DNA of 64,000 bases from Pristiophorus japonicus (Eukaryota): contig NC_091983.1 of NCBI RefSeq assembly GCF_044704955.1, positions 100,440,001 through 100,504,000 on the forward strand, read 5' to 3'. Below, in pieces: positions 12,493 to 25,749 of the stretch. The first letter of the stretch is position 1. Each line of letters starts with the position of its first letter. The translations under genes and the position numbers were made by a program. The notes under the pieces are model-generated. The model did not search any database. It saw nothing but the letters and a program-made list of their open reading frames with translations, and was not told the origin of the DNA.

Positions 12493-15400
12493 TTTGGCGA
12501 CGAGAAACGGGAATCAACGACTCAAGAGAATGGCCACTGGTAGCACGGAGGAACGGTACTGTGTTGGTGAGGACTGGGACAATTTTGTTGAGAGACTCCA
12601 GCAGAGTTTTGTCACGAAGGACTGGCTGGGAGTGACAGCGGCTGACAAGTGAAGGCCGCATCTACTGACCAGCTGTGGGCCTAAGACGTACGCGCTGATG
12701 AAAGACCTGCTCGCACCCGAGAAGCCAGTGGACAAGACCTTCGAGGAGCTCAGCAAACTGATCAGTGAGCACCTCAAACCAGCGAGTAGTATACACATGG
12801 CCTGCCACCGATTCTATACCCACCGACGTTGGGAAGGGCAGAGCATACCGGACTTCGTTGCGGACATTCGCCACTTGGCCTGCCTCTGTAAGTTCACAGA
12901 CGCTTGCAGGGGGGCGATGTTACGGGATTTCTTCATTGAGGGTATTGGTCATGCTGAGATTTTTAGGAAGCTAATTGAGACCAAGGACTTGATCTTGGAA
13001 GCAGCTTGATGGCTCAAACCTTCATGGCAGGGGAGGAGGAAACCAAGATCATATACGCATGCAACTCTGCTCCCAACATGGCGATGGGGCAGGGAGTTAA
13101 CATGGTAAACACGACTCAGAACCCCGCAGGCAGGCAAGGGCAATTCGACACCAAGCAGGCAGTAACAGACTATAGGGTGGGTCCTCAACAAAAACAATGG
13201 CAGGTTGAACAGACATTTACACCATCACAAGGGACAATACATCCCGGGATGGGACCACTGACACCCACAAACAGAGTGCTCAAGAGTAATCAAAGAGACA
13301 ATCAGAGAGGAATGCCTGGCAACAGCTCTTTTGTTCACAACAATCTCAGCTCATGCTGGAGGTGCAGGGGCAAACATGCTGAGAAGACCTGCCGGTTTCA
13401 ACAATCCATCTGCAGAAATTGTAACTTGAGTGGACATTTAGCCAGGATGTGCAGGAAGCCCGCAGTGAGGCTGGTTTACGAAGTGGATGAACTACAAGAG
13501 GGGTCTGCAAGGCAGGGGTATGCCTGGGACACAGCAATGGATGCTGAATTTCAGCGGGTCCAGGTGGCAAACATCCACAGCTCATGCACAAAAACGCCAC
13601 CTATGATGATGAGAATACTGTTAAACGGCATCCCGGTACGCATGGAGCTGGACACAGGAGCCAGCCAGTCACTTATGAGTGCTCAACAATTCGAGAAACT
13701 GTGGCCACTCAGAGCTAGCAGACCCAAACTAGAACGCATTGACACGCAACTACGGATGTACACCAAAGAGATCATCCCAGTGCTAGGCAGTGCAATGTTG
13801 GTGGTCACACATAATGGATCTCAGAACCAGCTGCCACTCTGGATTGTCCCGGGAAATGGTCCCGCGCTTTTGGGGAGGAGCTGGCTAGCCGAGATGAACT
13901 GGAAATGGGGGATGTGCACGCCATTTCATCTGTGGAGCGAAGTTCATGCTCACAGGTCCTACAAAAGTTCGAGTCATTATTTCAACCTGGCATCAAGACT
14001 TTCAAAGGCACCAAAGTAAGGATACGCATCACCCCGGACGCCACACCAGTGCACCACAAAGTCAGAGCTGTGCCGTATGTGATGTGGGAGAAAATTGAGA
14101 GTGAGTTGGACAGGTTGCTAAGAGAGGGCATAATTTCGCCCGTTGAATTCAGTGACTGGGCAAGCCCCATCATTCCTGTTCTAAAAACGGATGGCTCGGT
14201 CAGGATCTGTGGCGACTGCAAGGCCACTATCAACTGAGTGTCCCTTCAGGACCAATACCCGCTTTCGAGAGCGGAGGATCTTTTTGCCATGCTGGCAGGC
14301 GGCAAGCTGTTCACCAAGTTGGACCTCATTTCGGCCTACATGACCCAGGAACTGGCCGAAGAATCCAAGCTACTGACCACAATCACCACGCACAAGGGGC
14401 TATTTGTCTACAACAGATGTCCGTTTAGCATTCGTTCAACAGCCGCTATTTTTCAGAGGAACATGGAAAGCCTGCTCAAATCCATCCCCGGAACAATCGT
14501 ATTTCAGGACGACATCCTTATCACGGGTCGAGACACCGAGGAACACCTCCACAACCTGGAGGAGGTGCTACGCCAACTGGACCGGGTAGGCCTGCGACTA
14601 AAGAAGTCCAAGTGTGTGTTTTTGGCCCCAGAGGCCGAGTTTTTGGGCAGGAGGGTTGCTGCAGACGGGATCCGGCCCACCGAATCCAAAACGGAGGCGA
14701 TCCGTTGCGTGTCCAGGCCCGGCAACACATCGGAGTTGCGTTAATTTCTGGGACTATTGAATTATTTTGGGAACTTTCTATCGAACGTAAGTACATGGCT
14801 GGACTGCTACACGTGCTCCTGCGTAAGGGTTGCGATTGGTTTTGGGGCGACTGTCAGGAACGGGCTTTCAATCGGACGCGGAACCTGTTTTGTTCTAATA
14901 AGTTATTGACCCTGTACGACCCCTGTAAGAAATTGGTTTTGACAAGCGATGCATCATCCTATGGGGTTGGGTGCGTGTTGCAGCAGAGTAATGATGAGGG
15001 CCAACTCCAACCTGTGGCTTATGCCTCCAGGTCACTCTCCCAAGCAGAAAGGGGATATGGGATGGTTGAAAAGGAAGCACTCGCATGTGTCTATGGGGTG
15101 AAAAAGATGCACCAGTACCTTTTTGGCAGAAGGTTCGAATTAGAAACGGACTACAAGCCGTTAACATCCCTGTTGTCCGACAGCAAAGCTGTCAATGCCA
15201 ATGCGTCAGCTCGCATACAGCGATGGGCTCTCACGCTGGTTGCATATGACTACACCATACGGTACCGGCCAGGCACCGAAAATTGCGCTGACGTGCTCAG
15301 CAGGCTTCCACTGGCCACCACTGAGGGGGCAGCGGAGCAAAGCACTGAGATGGTCATGGCTGTCGATGCCTTTGACAGCGCAGGCTCCCCCATCACAGCC

Positions 15401-16744
15401 CACTAGATCAAAACCTGGACAAACAGAGATCACCTCCTATCTCTGATTAAGAAATGTGTCCTGACTGGGGATTGGGCGCCCGCACACGAAGCATGCCCTG
15501 AAGAGGTCAGACCATTTCACAGACGGATGGATGAGCTCTCCATCCAAGCCGACTGCCTACTATGGGGCAGCCGGATAGTCATGCCCCAGAGGGGTAGGGA
15601 AGCATTCATCAGGGAACTCCACAGCGAGCACCCAGGTATTGTGCTTATGAAGGCCATTGTCCAGTCACATGTATGGTGGCATGGAATTGATGCAGACCTG
15701 GAGCACTGTGTTCGCAGGTGCACGATGTGTGCCCAGCTGGGCAATGCCCCCAGGGAGGCCCCACTCAGCCCGTGGCCCTGGCCCACCAAGCCATGGTCAC
15801 GTATTCACGTAGACTACGCAGGCCCGTTCATGGGAAAAATGTTCCTCATTGTTGTTGATGGGTACTTGAAACGGATCGAGTGCATCATATTGAATTCGTG
15901 CACGACATCCACCACAGTGGAGAGTCTGCGTGCGGTCTTTGCGACCCACGGCTTGCCGGACATCCTAGTTAGCGACAACGGCCCGTGTTTCACTAGCTAT
16001 GAATTCCGGGAGATCATGTCGGGTAATGGCATCAAACATGTCAGGACAGCGCCGTTCAAGCCGACTTCCAATGGCCAGGCGGAACGTGCGGTCCAAATCA
16101 TAAAGCACAGCATGCTCCGGATTCAAGGACCCTCCCTTCAATACCGTCTATCGCGCCTCCTGCTGGCCTACAGGTCCCGACCGCACTCACTCACGGGGGT
16201 CCTGCCAGCGGAACTACTCATGAAACGCACAGTAAAAACACGGCTGTCCCTCATTCATCCAGTCTTGTCAGACATTGTTGAGGGCAAGCGCCAGTACCAA
16301 AATGAGTGCCACAACCGTAACTCAAAGGGGAGATGGATAGAAATCGATGACCCTGTATTTGTTCTTAATCACGCTGTGGGGCCCAAGTGGCTCGAGGGTA
16401 CTGTAATTGGTAAAGAAGGGAATAGGGTCATAGTGGTCAGACTAAACAATGGGCAGATATGCCGCAAGCATCTGGACCAAGTAAAAAGAAGGTTCAGCAT
16501 GGACACTGAGGAACCTGAGGAAAATCATGAGATGTTGCCCACACCACTACCAGTGAATGAGCAACAAGAACCGTCAGCAGCATGCACAGTCCCTGCGGTC
16601 AGCCCGGACAAGCCGGAATCACCACAGGTGACAAAGACGCATGCCAAGGCTCAACAACCAGAGCCCCAACTGCGGCACTCCACGAGAGAGCGCAGACCAC
16701 CTGAAAGACTCAATCTTTAATCCAAAGACGTTGGGGGGAGGTGA

Positions 16745-17003
16745 TGTCATGTTTGTAACCTTCACATAACTGTAACCTTTATGCAGCAACACTGTACACT
16801 GTATACACCTGAGAAATGCACACCTTGACCACAGGGGGTGAACTTGTGGGAGACACTCCTCACCTGGTCATCAGGTATATAAAGGGAGGTCCCACGCAGA
16901 GTCATCACTTCTTGGTCCTGTGAATAAAGGTACATGTCACAGAGTGACCTTGTCTCCAGTATGTGCCTCGTGTTGATTTGCTGTAGTGTGTAAGGACACA
17001 ACA
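16745..17003 (+). repeat. 3' LTR of the Gypsy element
   Basis: Direct repeat of 12233-12492, preceded by the PPT and followed by the TSD GTGGT. Confidence 0.95.
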
Positions 17004-18040
17004 GTGGTCGTGTGCTCCATGCTGCACAACCTGGCTATCAGAAGGGGACAATAATTGCCAGAAGGGATTGATGCTCCACCTCAGGGGAGAGAGGAAGAGG
17101 ATGATGAGGGGCTGGACACTGACCTAGGGCCAGACAATCAGGCTGGCTATGCAACCATGCCCACGATCCCGTCCAGACCGCAGGAAAGTGCCCGTGGTGG
17201 CTACATAGCTGCAAGACTCTTGCGTAAGGAGCTGATATCTGAACGATTTGCCTGAAAGAACATTGCTGTGAGTGACAACGCTGACACACTGCTGTGTGTG
17301 CAGCTCAGACATCAATGGTGCCCATCAACTTGGTGCCAGTTAATGTTTACGTTGATTGAAGTTAAGTTTTATTTAACCCTTTCATGTTAAGGAATCACCA
17401 GTGTGTAACAGTCCAGCTATCTGAGACAATGCGCAACAAGGTTATGTTCAATAAAAAACATTTTATTCCAACATTGGTTTGAAATCATAAGTATCACGGG
17501 CAAAAATACCCAACCCCCGCCCACACCCCACTTTTTCCACCATTGACATCAATCAAATGTTCAACATGTCCAGCAACACAGAATACAAAGGCAAAGCAGG
17601 AGGGTGGTCCCCAGCCCCCAAACATTACAACAAATTGCATACACCCAGATGGAGATATAACACAGCCAGCACCTGTGGACATGCACCTCACTTTCCCTCC
17701 CCCCTCTCCTTCTCCCCACCTCTACCCCTTCCCCTCCTCGCTCCACGCCGCCTGGCTGAATAGATCCTCAGTCGGTGCCTCACTGGGGGGGGGGGGGGAT
17801 CGAGGCAGAGGCAGTGGTTGCATGGGTACGGGAGCGGGGGGTGCCAAAGGGGGAAACATTCTCTGATGCAGAAGCAGGATCTTGGTCCTGTCTCTCATTT
17901 ATCGTTCACAGTGGTGATGCGGAACCTAGGGGTGGAGTGCCGCGCTCCGGGACCACTGGGAGTCCTGTGCCAGAAGTGTTCCTGGCTATCGCCTCCAGGG
18001 CCTCCGCCATCCACGGAACGTACTCAGTCATGGTGGCCAG

Positions 18041-21000
18041 TGTAGTGTATGAAATGATACAATTAACTCCGTACTGTGAGCCAGTGACTAGGTGTAACCT
18101 GGTCAGTCTTTGATGGCTTCCAGAAGTAAAGATACAAAGGTGAAGTTCAGGTTATATACTGGGCCCAGCATGAGTGTACCTATGACCCTAGGACCTCCGA
18201 CGGTAGTGCCCCCTGTTGGTGGCATACATACATTACATCATTTCCCCCCCCACCACCGCCACCCCCCCAGTTCTTGGCACAAGTCCATATTACAAGTTTA
18301 GACGGTCTGGAGCCCTTCGCTCCGTGGTTGACCGTCTCAGTACAATCCCAGTGCTCCCAGTGCTTTCCGAGTCCCTCACAACTTGGGGGTGGGCGTTGAC
18401 CACAGTGGGTTCTTCTGATGGCTGGACGTGAGTTGGTTGGTCGTCTAAGCTCGCGGTGTCTTCTTCCAACTGTTCCGGTTCGTCAGTGTGTCTTAGCTTG
18501 ATTTGATCAATGTGTTTCCTGCACATCTGCCCATTCTTAAGCTTAACCATATACACCCGGTTACCCTCCTTATCCGTAACATTGCCCGGGAGCCACTTGG
18601 GCCCTTGACCATGGTTAAGTACATACACTGGGCCATTTACAGATATGTCACGTGACACTGCAGCGCGGTCGTGATACCACTGCTAGCATTGACGTTGGGT
18701 TTCGACATGATCATAAAGATCAGGATGGACTAGAGAGAGCCTAGTTTTGAGGTCTCTCTTCATCAATAGTTCCGCAGGCGGGACCCCGGGTGAGCGTGTG
18801 TGGCCTTGTCCTGTAACTGAGTAGTATGCGTGGCAGGCGTGTCTGCAAGGAACCGTGAGTTACGCATTTCAGGCTGTGCTTGATGGTTTGAACTGCCCGC
18901 TCTGCTTGACCATTGGACATGGGTTTGAATGGGGCTGACCTCACATGTTAGATGCCATTGCATTTCATGAACCCTTGAAACTCCAGGCTCGTGAAACACG
19001 GTCCGTTGTCGCTGGCAACGATGTCTGGCAGACCATGTGTGGCAAACATGGCTCTCAGGTTCTCAATGGTGGCAGTGGAAGTGCTGGATGACATGATCAC
19101 ACATTCTATCCATTTGGAATATACATGCATCATCACAAAAAACATTTTACCGAGGAAGGGACCCGCAAAGTCGATGTGGATTCTGGACCATGGTTTGGAT
19201 GGCCATGACCACAGACTGAGCGGAGCTTCCTTTGGGGCATTGCTTAACTGCATGCAAGTGCTGCACTGATGCACGCATGACTCTAAGTCCAAGTCAATGC
19301 CAGGCCACCAAACATGGGACCGAGCGATGGCCTTCATCATGACAATACCGGGTTGCATACTATGTAACTCCCGTACAAATCTCGCCCTGCCTTTCTTGGG
19401 CATTACGATATGGTTACCCCACTATAAACAGTCGGACTGGATGGAAAGCTGATTTTTGCGATGGCTGTATGGTTTGGTTTCATTACCCATTTCCTTGGGG
19501 ATGGTCGACCAGTCCCCGTTAAGAACACAACGTTTTACAACCGATAAGGTCGGATCCTGGCTGGTGCAGGTCCTAACTTGTTGAGCAGTGACAAGCGACC
19601 CTTCACTCTCAAAGGCATCCATGACCATGAGTAGCTCTGCTGGCATTGGCATTTCCACCTCTGGTGTGGGCAACGGTAACCGGCTCAATGCATCAGTGCA
19701 GTTGTCGGTGCCTGGTCTATGGCGAATGACAATTATAGGCAGATAATGTCAATGCCCACCTCTGGATGCGGGATGACACGTTGGTATTGATACCTTTATG
19801 TTCCAAGAACAACGATATAAGTGGCTTGTGATCGGTTTCCTGCTCGAAGTGAAGCCCAAACAGGTACTGGTGCATTTTTTTTTAACCCCATAAACACATG
19901 CTAAAACCTCTTTCTCTACCATGCTGTAGGCTCTTTCCGCCTTGAACAGGCTTCAAGATGCATATGCAACTGGTTGTAGTTTGCGTGACTCATTGGCTTG
20001 CTGGAGTACGCAGACAACGCATCACAGGTCAAAACTAGATGCTTGCTTGGGTCATACAGTACCAGTAGCTTGTGGGAACACAACAGATTTCTAGCCTTCT
20101 CAAAGGCTCTGTCTTGAAGTTCACCCCATACCCAGTTGTCTCCTTTCCTGAGCAGCTTGTGCAAAGGCTTTAATACTGTGCTCAATTTGGGTAAGAAGTT
20201 ACCGAAGTAGTTGAGAGGACCCAGGAACGAACGCAGCTCCGTCACATTCTAGGGCCTGGGCACGTATTTGATGGCCTCTTTTTTCGCGTCTGTAGGCCTG
20301 ATTCCGTCTGCAGCAATCTTTCGTCCAAGGAATTCGACCTCTGGTGCCATGAAAATGCACTTCGAACGTTTCAGCCTGAGTCCCACTTTGTCCAGATGAC
20401 GCAGAACCTATTCCAGATTGTGCAGGTGCTCGGCAGTGTCACGATCTGTGACTAGGATGTCATCTTGGAATACCACGGTCCTGAGGACGGATTTAAATAG
20501 GCTCTCCATGTTTCTCTGAAATATGGCTGCCGCCGAACGAATGCCAAAAGGGCGCCTCGTGTAAATAAACGGTCCTTTGTACGTGTTGATGCACGTAAGT
20601 TTCTTTGATGATTCAACCAGTTCCTGTGTCATGTAGGCCGACGTTAGATCCAATTTGGTGAACGATTTTCCCCCGGCTAGCGTTGCAAACAGGTCATCAG
20701 TTTTCGGTAGTGGGTACTGATCTTGTTTCGAAACTCGGTTAATTGTGACCTTGTAGTCTCCACAAATCCTGACCGTGCTGTCGCTCTTTAACACCAGAAC
20801 AATCGGGCTGGCCCATTCATTAAATTCAACCGGTGAGATGACCCCCTTGCATTGTAGCCTGTCCAATTCGAGCTCGACCTCTTCTCTCATCATGTTTGGG
20901 ACCGCCCTGGCTTTGTGATGGATGGGCCTTGCGTCTGGGCCTAAGTGAATCTACACCTTGGCTCCCTTGAAGCTGCCAATTACCGGTTCAAACAGTGAGG

Positions 21001-21546
21001 GAAATTTGCTCAGCACTTGAGCACACAAATCATCATCCGCTGATGACAAAGCTTTGATATCATATCATTTCCACTTTATTTTCTCGAGCCAACTCCTGCC
21101 GAATAACGATGGGCCATTGCCCGGGATAATCCATAATGGTGGATCATGAACTGCTCCCTCGTACGACACTCTTACTGCTGCACTACCGATCACTGGTATG
21201 AGCTCTTTGGTGTAGGTACGCAACTTCGCATTTATCGGACTCAGCTTGGGTCTCTCTACCTTGGTCTCCCACAGCTTTTCGAAAGTCCTCTGGCTCATTA
21301 TCGTGTCTAACTCCATGGATACCGGCACGCCGTTTAATTTTACCTCCATCATTATCAGTTGGCTCTTTGTTAGTAATTATATCCATCATTATCGGTTGGC
21401 TCTTTGTTAGGAATGCACGTAGGCTGTTCACTTCCTCCTCGGAGCTCTCAAATGCCTCGGGCTGCATCGCCAGATCCACACGGAATTGATCATCATCCAC
21501 GTGGTGTGTCGCAGCTCGCTTGCTCTGCTGTGGACACGTCTGCTGA
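18041..21546 (-). mobile_element. Gypsy (Mag-like) element, second subfamily, 5'-truncated; 3' LTR at 18041-18237
   Basis: Minus-strand protease, RT (VFQDDIL), RNase H and integrase (IHIDFAGP, SDNGP, SNGQAER) fragments; G-rich PPT; LTR TGTAATG...CTACA. Confidence 0.93.
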
Positions 21547-22482
21547 AACATAGAAACATAGAAACATAGAAAATAGATGCAGGAGTAGGCCATTCGGCTC
21601 CTCGAGCCTGCACCGACATTCAATATGATCATGGCTGATCATTCCCTCAGTACCCCTTTCCTGCTTTCTCTCCATACCCCTTGATCCCTTTAGCCGTAAG
21701 GGCCATATCTAACTCCCTCTTAAATATATCCAATGAACTGGCATCCACAACTCTCTGCCGCAGAGAATTCCATAGGTTAACAACTCACTGAGTGAAGAAG
21801 TTTCTCCTTATCTCAGTCCTAAATGGCTTACCCCTTATCATCAGACTATGTCCTCTGGTTCTGGACTTCCCCAACATCGGGAACATTCTTCCCGCATCTA
21901 ACCTGTCCAGTCCCTTCAGAATCTTATATGTTTCTATGAGATCCCCTCTCATCTTTCTAAACTCCAGTGAATAAAGGCCCAGTTGATCCAGTCTCTCCTC
22001 ATATGACAGTCCAGCCATCCCTGGAATCAGTCTGGTGAACCTTCGCTGCACTCCCTCAATAGCAAGAACATCCTTCCTCAGATTAGGAGACCAAAACTGA
22101 ACACAATATTCCAGGTGAGGCCTCACTACGGCCCTGTACAACTGCAGTAAGACCTCCCTGCTCCTATACTCAAATCCCTTAGCTATGAAGGCCAACATAC
22201 CATTTGCCTTCTTCACCGCCTGCTGTACCTGCATGTCCACTTTCAGTGACTGATGAACCATGGCACCTAGTCTCGTTGCACCTCCCTTTTTCCTAATCTG
22301 CAGCCATTCAGATAATATTCTGCCTTCGTGTTTTTGCCCCCAAAATGGATAACCTCACATTTATCCACATTCTACTGCATCTGCCATGCATTTGCCCATT
22401 CACCTAACCTGTCCAAGTCACCCTGCAGCCTCTTAGTGTCCTCGTCACAGCTCACACCGCCACCCAGTTTAGTGTCATCCGC
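21547..22482 (-). mobile_element. CR1 3' fragment abutting the gag/protease region of the second Gypsy
   Basis: (TTTCTATG)n tail read as gaaacatagaaacata at 21547; RT C-terminus ORF 21785..22261. Confidence 0.93.
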
Positions 22483-25343
22483 TAGTGGAAATCGAGCTGG
22501 ACAGGCTGCAACGCGAGGACATCATCTCCCCAGTGGAATTCAGTGAGTGGGCTAGCCCGATTGTTCCAGTACTCAAAAGTGATGGCACGGTCAGGATTTG
22601 CGGCGATTATAAAGTAATTACTAATCGTTTCTCACTACAGGACCAATACCCGCTACCTAAGGCAGATGACCTATTTGCGATGCTGGCAGGAGGCAAGACG
22701 CTCACAAGCTCGACCTGACTTCAGTCTACATGACGCAGGAGCTGGAGGAGTCTTCGAAGGGCCTCACCTGCATCAACACGCACAAGGGACTGTTCATTTA
22801 CAACAGATGCCCGTTTGGAATTCGGTCGGCTGCAGCGATCTTCCAGAGAAACATGGAGAGCCTACTCAAGTCGGTACCACGCACGGTGTTTTTTCAGGAC
22901 GACGTATTGGTTATGGGTCGGGACACCATCGAACACCTACAAAACCTGGAGGAGGTCCTCCAGCGACTGGATCGCGTAGGGCTGCGGCTGAAGAGGTCGA
23001 AATGCATCTTCATGGCAACAGAAGTGGAGTTATTGGGGAGAAAGATCGCGACGGACAGCATTCGGCTCACAGACGCCAAGACTGAGGCTATCAGGAACGC
23101 GCCCAGGCCACAGAACGTCACAGAGCTGCGGTAGTTCCTGGGACTCCTCAACTATTTTGGTAACTTCCTACCGGGGTTAAGCACCCTTTTAGAGCCCCTA
23201 CATATGTTATTGCGTAAAGGTGAGAACTGGGTATGGGAAAAAAAACTAAGTAATTGCTTTTGAGAAAGCCAGAAACATTTTATGCTCCAACAAGCTACTT
23301 GTATTGTATAACCCATGTAAAAGACTTGTGCTAGCATGTGACGCATCGTCGTATGGAGTCGGGTGTGTATTACAACAAGCTAACGTTGCGGGGAAGTTGC
23401 AAGCTGTCGCCTATGCCTCCAGGAGCTTGTCTAAGGCCGAGAGGGCCTGCAGCATGATTGAGAAAGAGGCATTAGCGTGTGTGTTCGGGGTAAAGAAAAT
23501 GCATCAGTACCTGTTTGGCCTCAATTTTGAGCTGGAAACCGATCACAAGCCCCTCATATCCCGTTCGCTGAAAACAAGGGGATAAATACTAATGCCTCAG
23601 CCACATACAAAGATGGGCACTCGCGCTATCAGCATATAACGGGGGTGGAAATGGCGCAGCCTGCAATCTTGTTGATGGTGGCACAGCCCGCAGACTTGTT
23701 GATGGTCATGGAAGCGTTTGAAAATGAGAAATCACCTGTCACGGCCTGCCAGATTAGGACTTGGACCAGCCAAGATCCTCTGCTGTCCCTAGTAAAAAAC
23801 TGTGTACTGCATGGGAGCTGGGCCAGCATCCCCGTTGAAATGCAAGAGCTAATCAAGCCGTTCCAGCGGCGAAAGGACGAGCTGTCCATTCAGGCAGACT
23901 GCCTGTTGTGGGGTAACCGCGTAGTGCTACCCAAAAAGGGCAGGGAGACGTTCATCTCGGATCTCCACAGCACACACCTGGGTATAGTAATGATGAAAGC
24001 GATATCCAGATCCCATGTGTGGTGGGTCGGTATCGACTCTGACTTAGAGTCCTGTGTACGGCAATGCAGCGTGTGTGCTCAGTTGAGCAACGCGCCCAGA
24101 GAGGCACCACTAAGTTTGTGGTCCTGGCACGCCAGATGATGGTGAAGGATCCATGTCGACTATGCGGGCCCGTTTCTCAGTAAAATGTTCCTGGTGGTGG
24201 TGGATGCTTTTTCAAAATGGATCGAATGTGAAATAATGCCGGGAAGCACCGCCACCACCACCATTGAAAGCCTGAGGGCCATGTTTGCCACCCATGGCCT
24301 GCCTGACACACTGGTCAGTGACAATGGGCCATGTTTCACCAGTGCCGAATTTAAAGAATTCATGACCCGCAACGGGATCAAACATGTCACCTCGGCCCCG
24401 CTTAAACAAGCCTCCAATGGGTAGGCAGAGCGGGCAGTACAAACAATCAAACAGAGCCTTAACCGATTTACAGAAGGCTCACTCCAAACCCACCTGACCG
24501 AGTACTGCTCATGTACCGCATGAGACCCCACTTGCTCACAGGGGTGCCCCCGGCTGAGCTACTCATGAAAAGGACACTTATAACCAGACTCTCGCTGGTT
24601 CACTCCAACCTGCGTGATCAGGTAGAGAGCAGGTGACAGCAACAAAATGTAAACGATGGTCGCGCCACTGTGTCACGGGAAATTGATCTAAATGACCCTG
24701 TGTATGTGCTAAACTATGGACATGGTCCCAAGTGGATTGTGGGCACGGTGATAGCTAAAGAAGGGAGTAGGGTGTTTGTAGTCAAACTAGACAATGGACA
24801 AATTTGCAGAAAGCACCTGGACCAAACGAGGCTGCAGTTCACAGACTGTCCTGAACAACCCACAGCAGACACCACCTTTTTCGAGCCCACAACACACACC
24901 CAAAGGATCAACGACACCACCCCGGACCAGGAAATCGAACCCATCACGCCCAACAGCCCAGCAAAGCCAGGCTCACCCAGCAGCTCTGCAGAGCCAACAA
25001 CACCCCAGTCCAGCGAGGGCACAGCCAACACACCAGAACAGACATTTGTACCGAGGCGGTCCACCAGGGAAAGAAAGGCACCCAACCGCCTTATCTTGTA
25101 AATAGTTTTCACTTTGACATTGGGGGGGAGTGATGGTGTGCATCTGTACAGCATGCACTCCCATGTTCTGCCACCAGGGAGCGCATCCCCTGAAGTTCCA
25201 AGGTATCCCAGCATCCCTTGAGAGCACTGTATATAAGCCGGCCCTAAGACCTGTTCCTCACTCTGGAGTGTCTTAATAAAGACTGAGGTCACTGTTACTT
25301 TAACCTCCCTGTGTGCAGTCTCATCTGTGTTAGGAACACAATA
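22483..25343 (+). mobile_element. Gypsy (Mag-like) element, third subfamily, starting inside RT; 3' LTR at 25134-25343
   Basis: RT (FFQDDVL), RNase H (CDASSYG) and integrase fragments; PPT GGGGGGGAG; LTR with TATATAA and AATAAA, ending ACACAATA. Confidence 0.93.
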
Positions 25344-25560
25344 GTGTCCAGTCTGCCATGTGGCATCTTATCAAAAGCCTTGCTAAAATCAATATAGACT
25401 ACATCAAACGCACTACTCTCATCGACCCTCCTTGTTACCTCCTCAAAAAATTCAACCAAGTTACTCTGACATGACCTTCCCTTAACAAATCCATGCTGAC
25501 TGTCCTTGATTAATCTGTGTCTTTCCAAATGAAGATTTATCCTGTCCCTCATCCAACTGA
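25344..25560 (-). mobile_element. CR1 RT fragment
   Basis: SQHGFVKGRSC...DVVYIDFSKAFDKMPHGRL. Confidence 0.85.
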
Positions 25561-25749
25561 CCATGATTCATATGCAAGCATAGAGAATGAGTTCCAGCAG
25601 ATTACTTGATCATAAAAGGTGAAGGCAAATTCTGTTAGCACCTGACATCTCCATACACACATTTGTTTTGGCAAGGGTCACTCCATGAATCTGCTCATTT
25701 TTCCCTTTACTCCAGCGGTCCTAAACTCAGTTGTGCCCAAAATGCCACT

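Larger units (their letters stand above)
12233..17003 (+). mobile_element. Complete Gypsy/Ty3 (Mag-like) LTR retrotransposon with decayed gag-pol (12530-16720)
   Basis: TG...CA LTRs at 12233-12492 and 16745-17003; 5-bp TSD GTGGT; PBS TGGCGACGAG matching tRNA-Ser(GCT) 3' end; PPT GGGGGGAGG; Cys/His knuckles, LDTGA protease, FQDD RT, DAS RNase H, HHCC plus DDE integrase. Confidence 0.97.
11276..17255 (+). pseudogene. Harbinger (HARBI1-like DDE) transposase pseudogene, interrupted at 12233-17003
   Basis: FPSVQGAIQCTHI (GAIDCTH with the Asp lost), NRKGFHSL, YPGS, LGDNRY, WLMTP, YNQSH. The frame resumes after the LTR element as VVCSMLHNLAIRRG. In-frame stops and a frameshift present. Confidence 0.9.
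10614..18040 (+). mobile_element. PIF/Harbinger DNA transposon, decayed; left end present, right end lost; split by a Gypsy insertion
   Basis: Begins GGGCTAGATTTTGCAC right after TTA (10611-10613). Contains a Harbinger transposase and AATAAA near 17449. The 17550-18040 part is inferred to be the convergent second (Myb/SANT) gene region. Confidence 0.8.

Noticed and set aside
11276-17255. Domesticated HARBI1 gene
   Set aside because: Catalytic Asp lost, stops and a frameshift, a Gypsy insertion and a transposon end upstream all indicate a dead transposon.
5959-22482. A 16.5-kb inversion splitting one CR1, because the + copy ends and the - copy begins at the same GATGACACTAAACT
   Set aside because: Re-inverting does not restore the other flanks: the sequence left of 3398 is not Gypsy, and the old CR1 fragment does not join the third Gypsy. 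Treated as coincidence.
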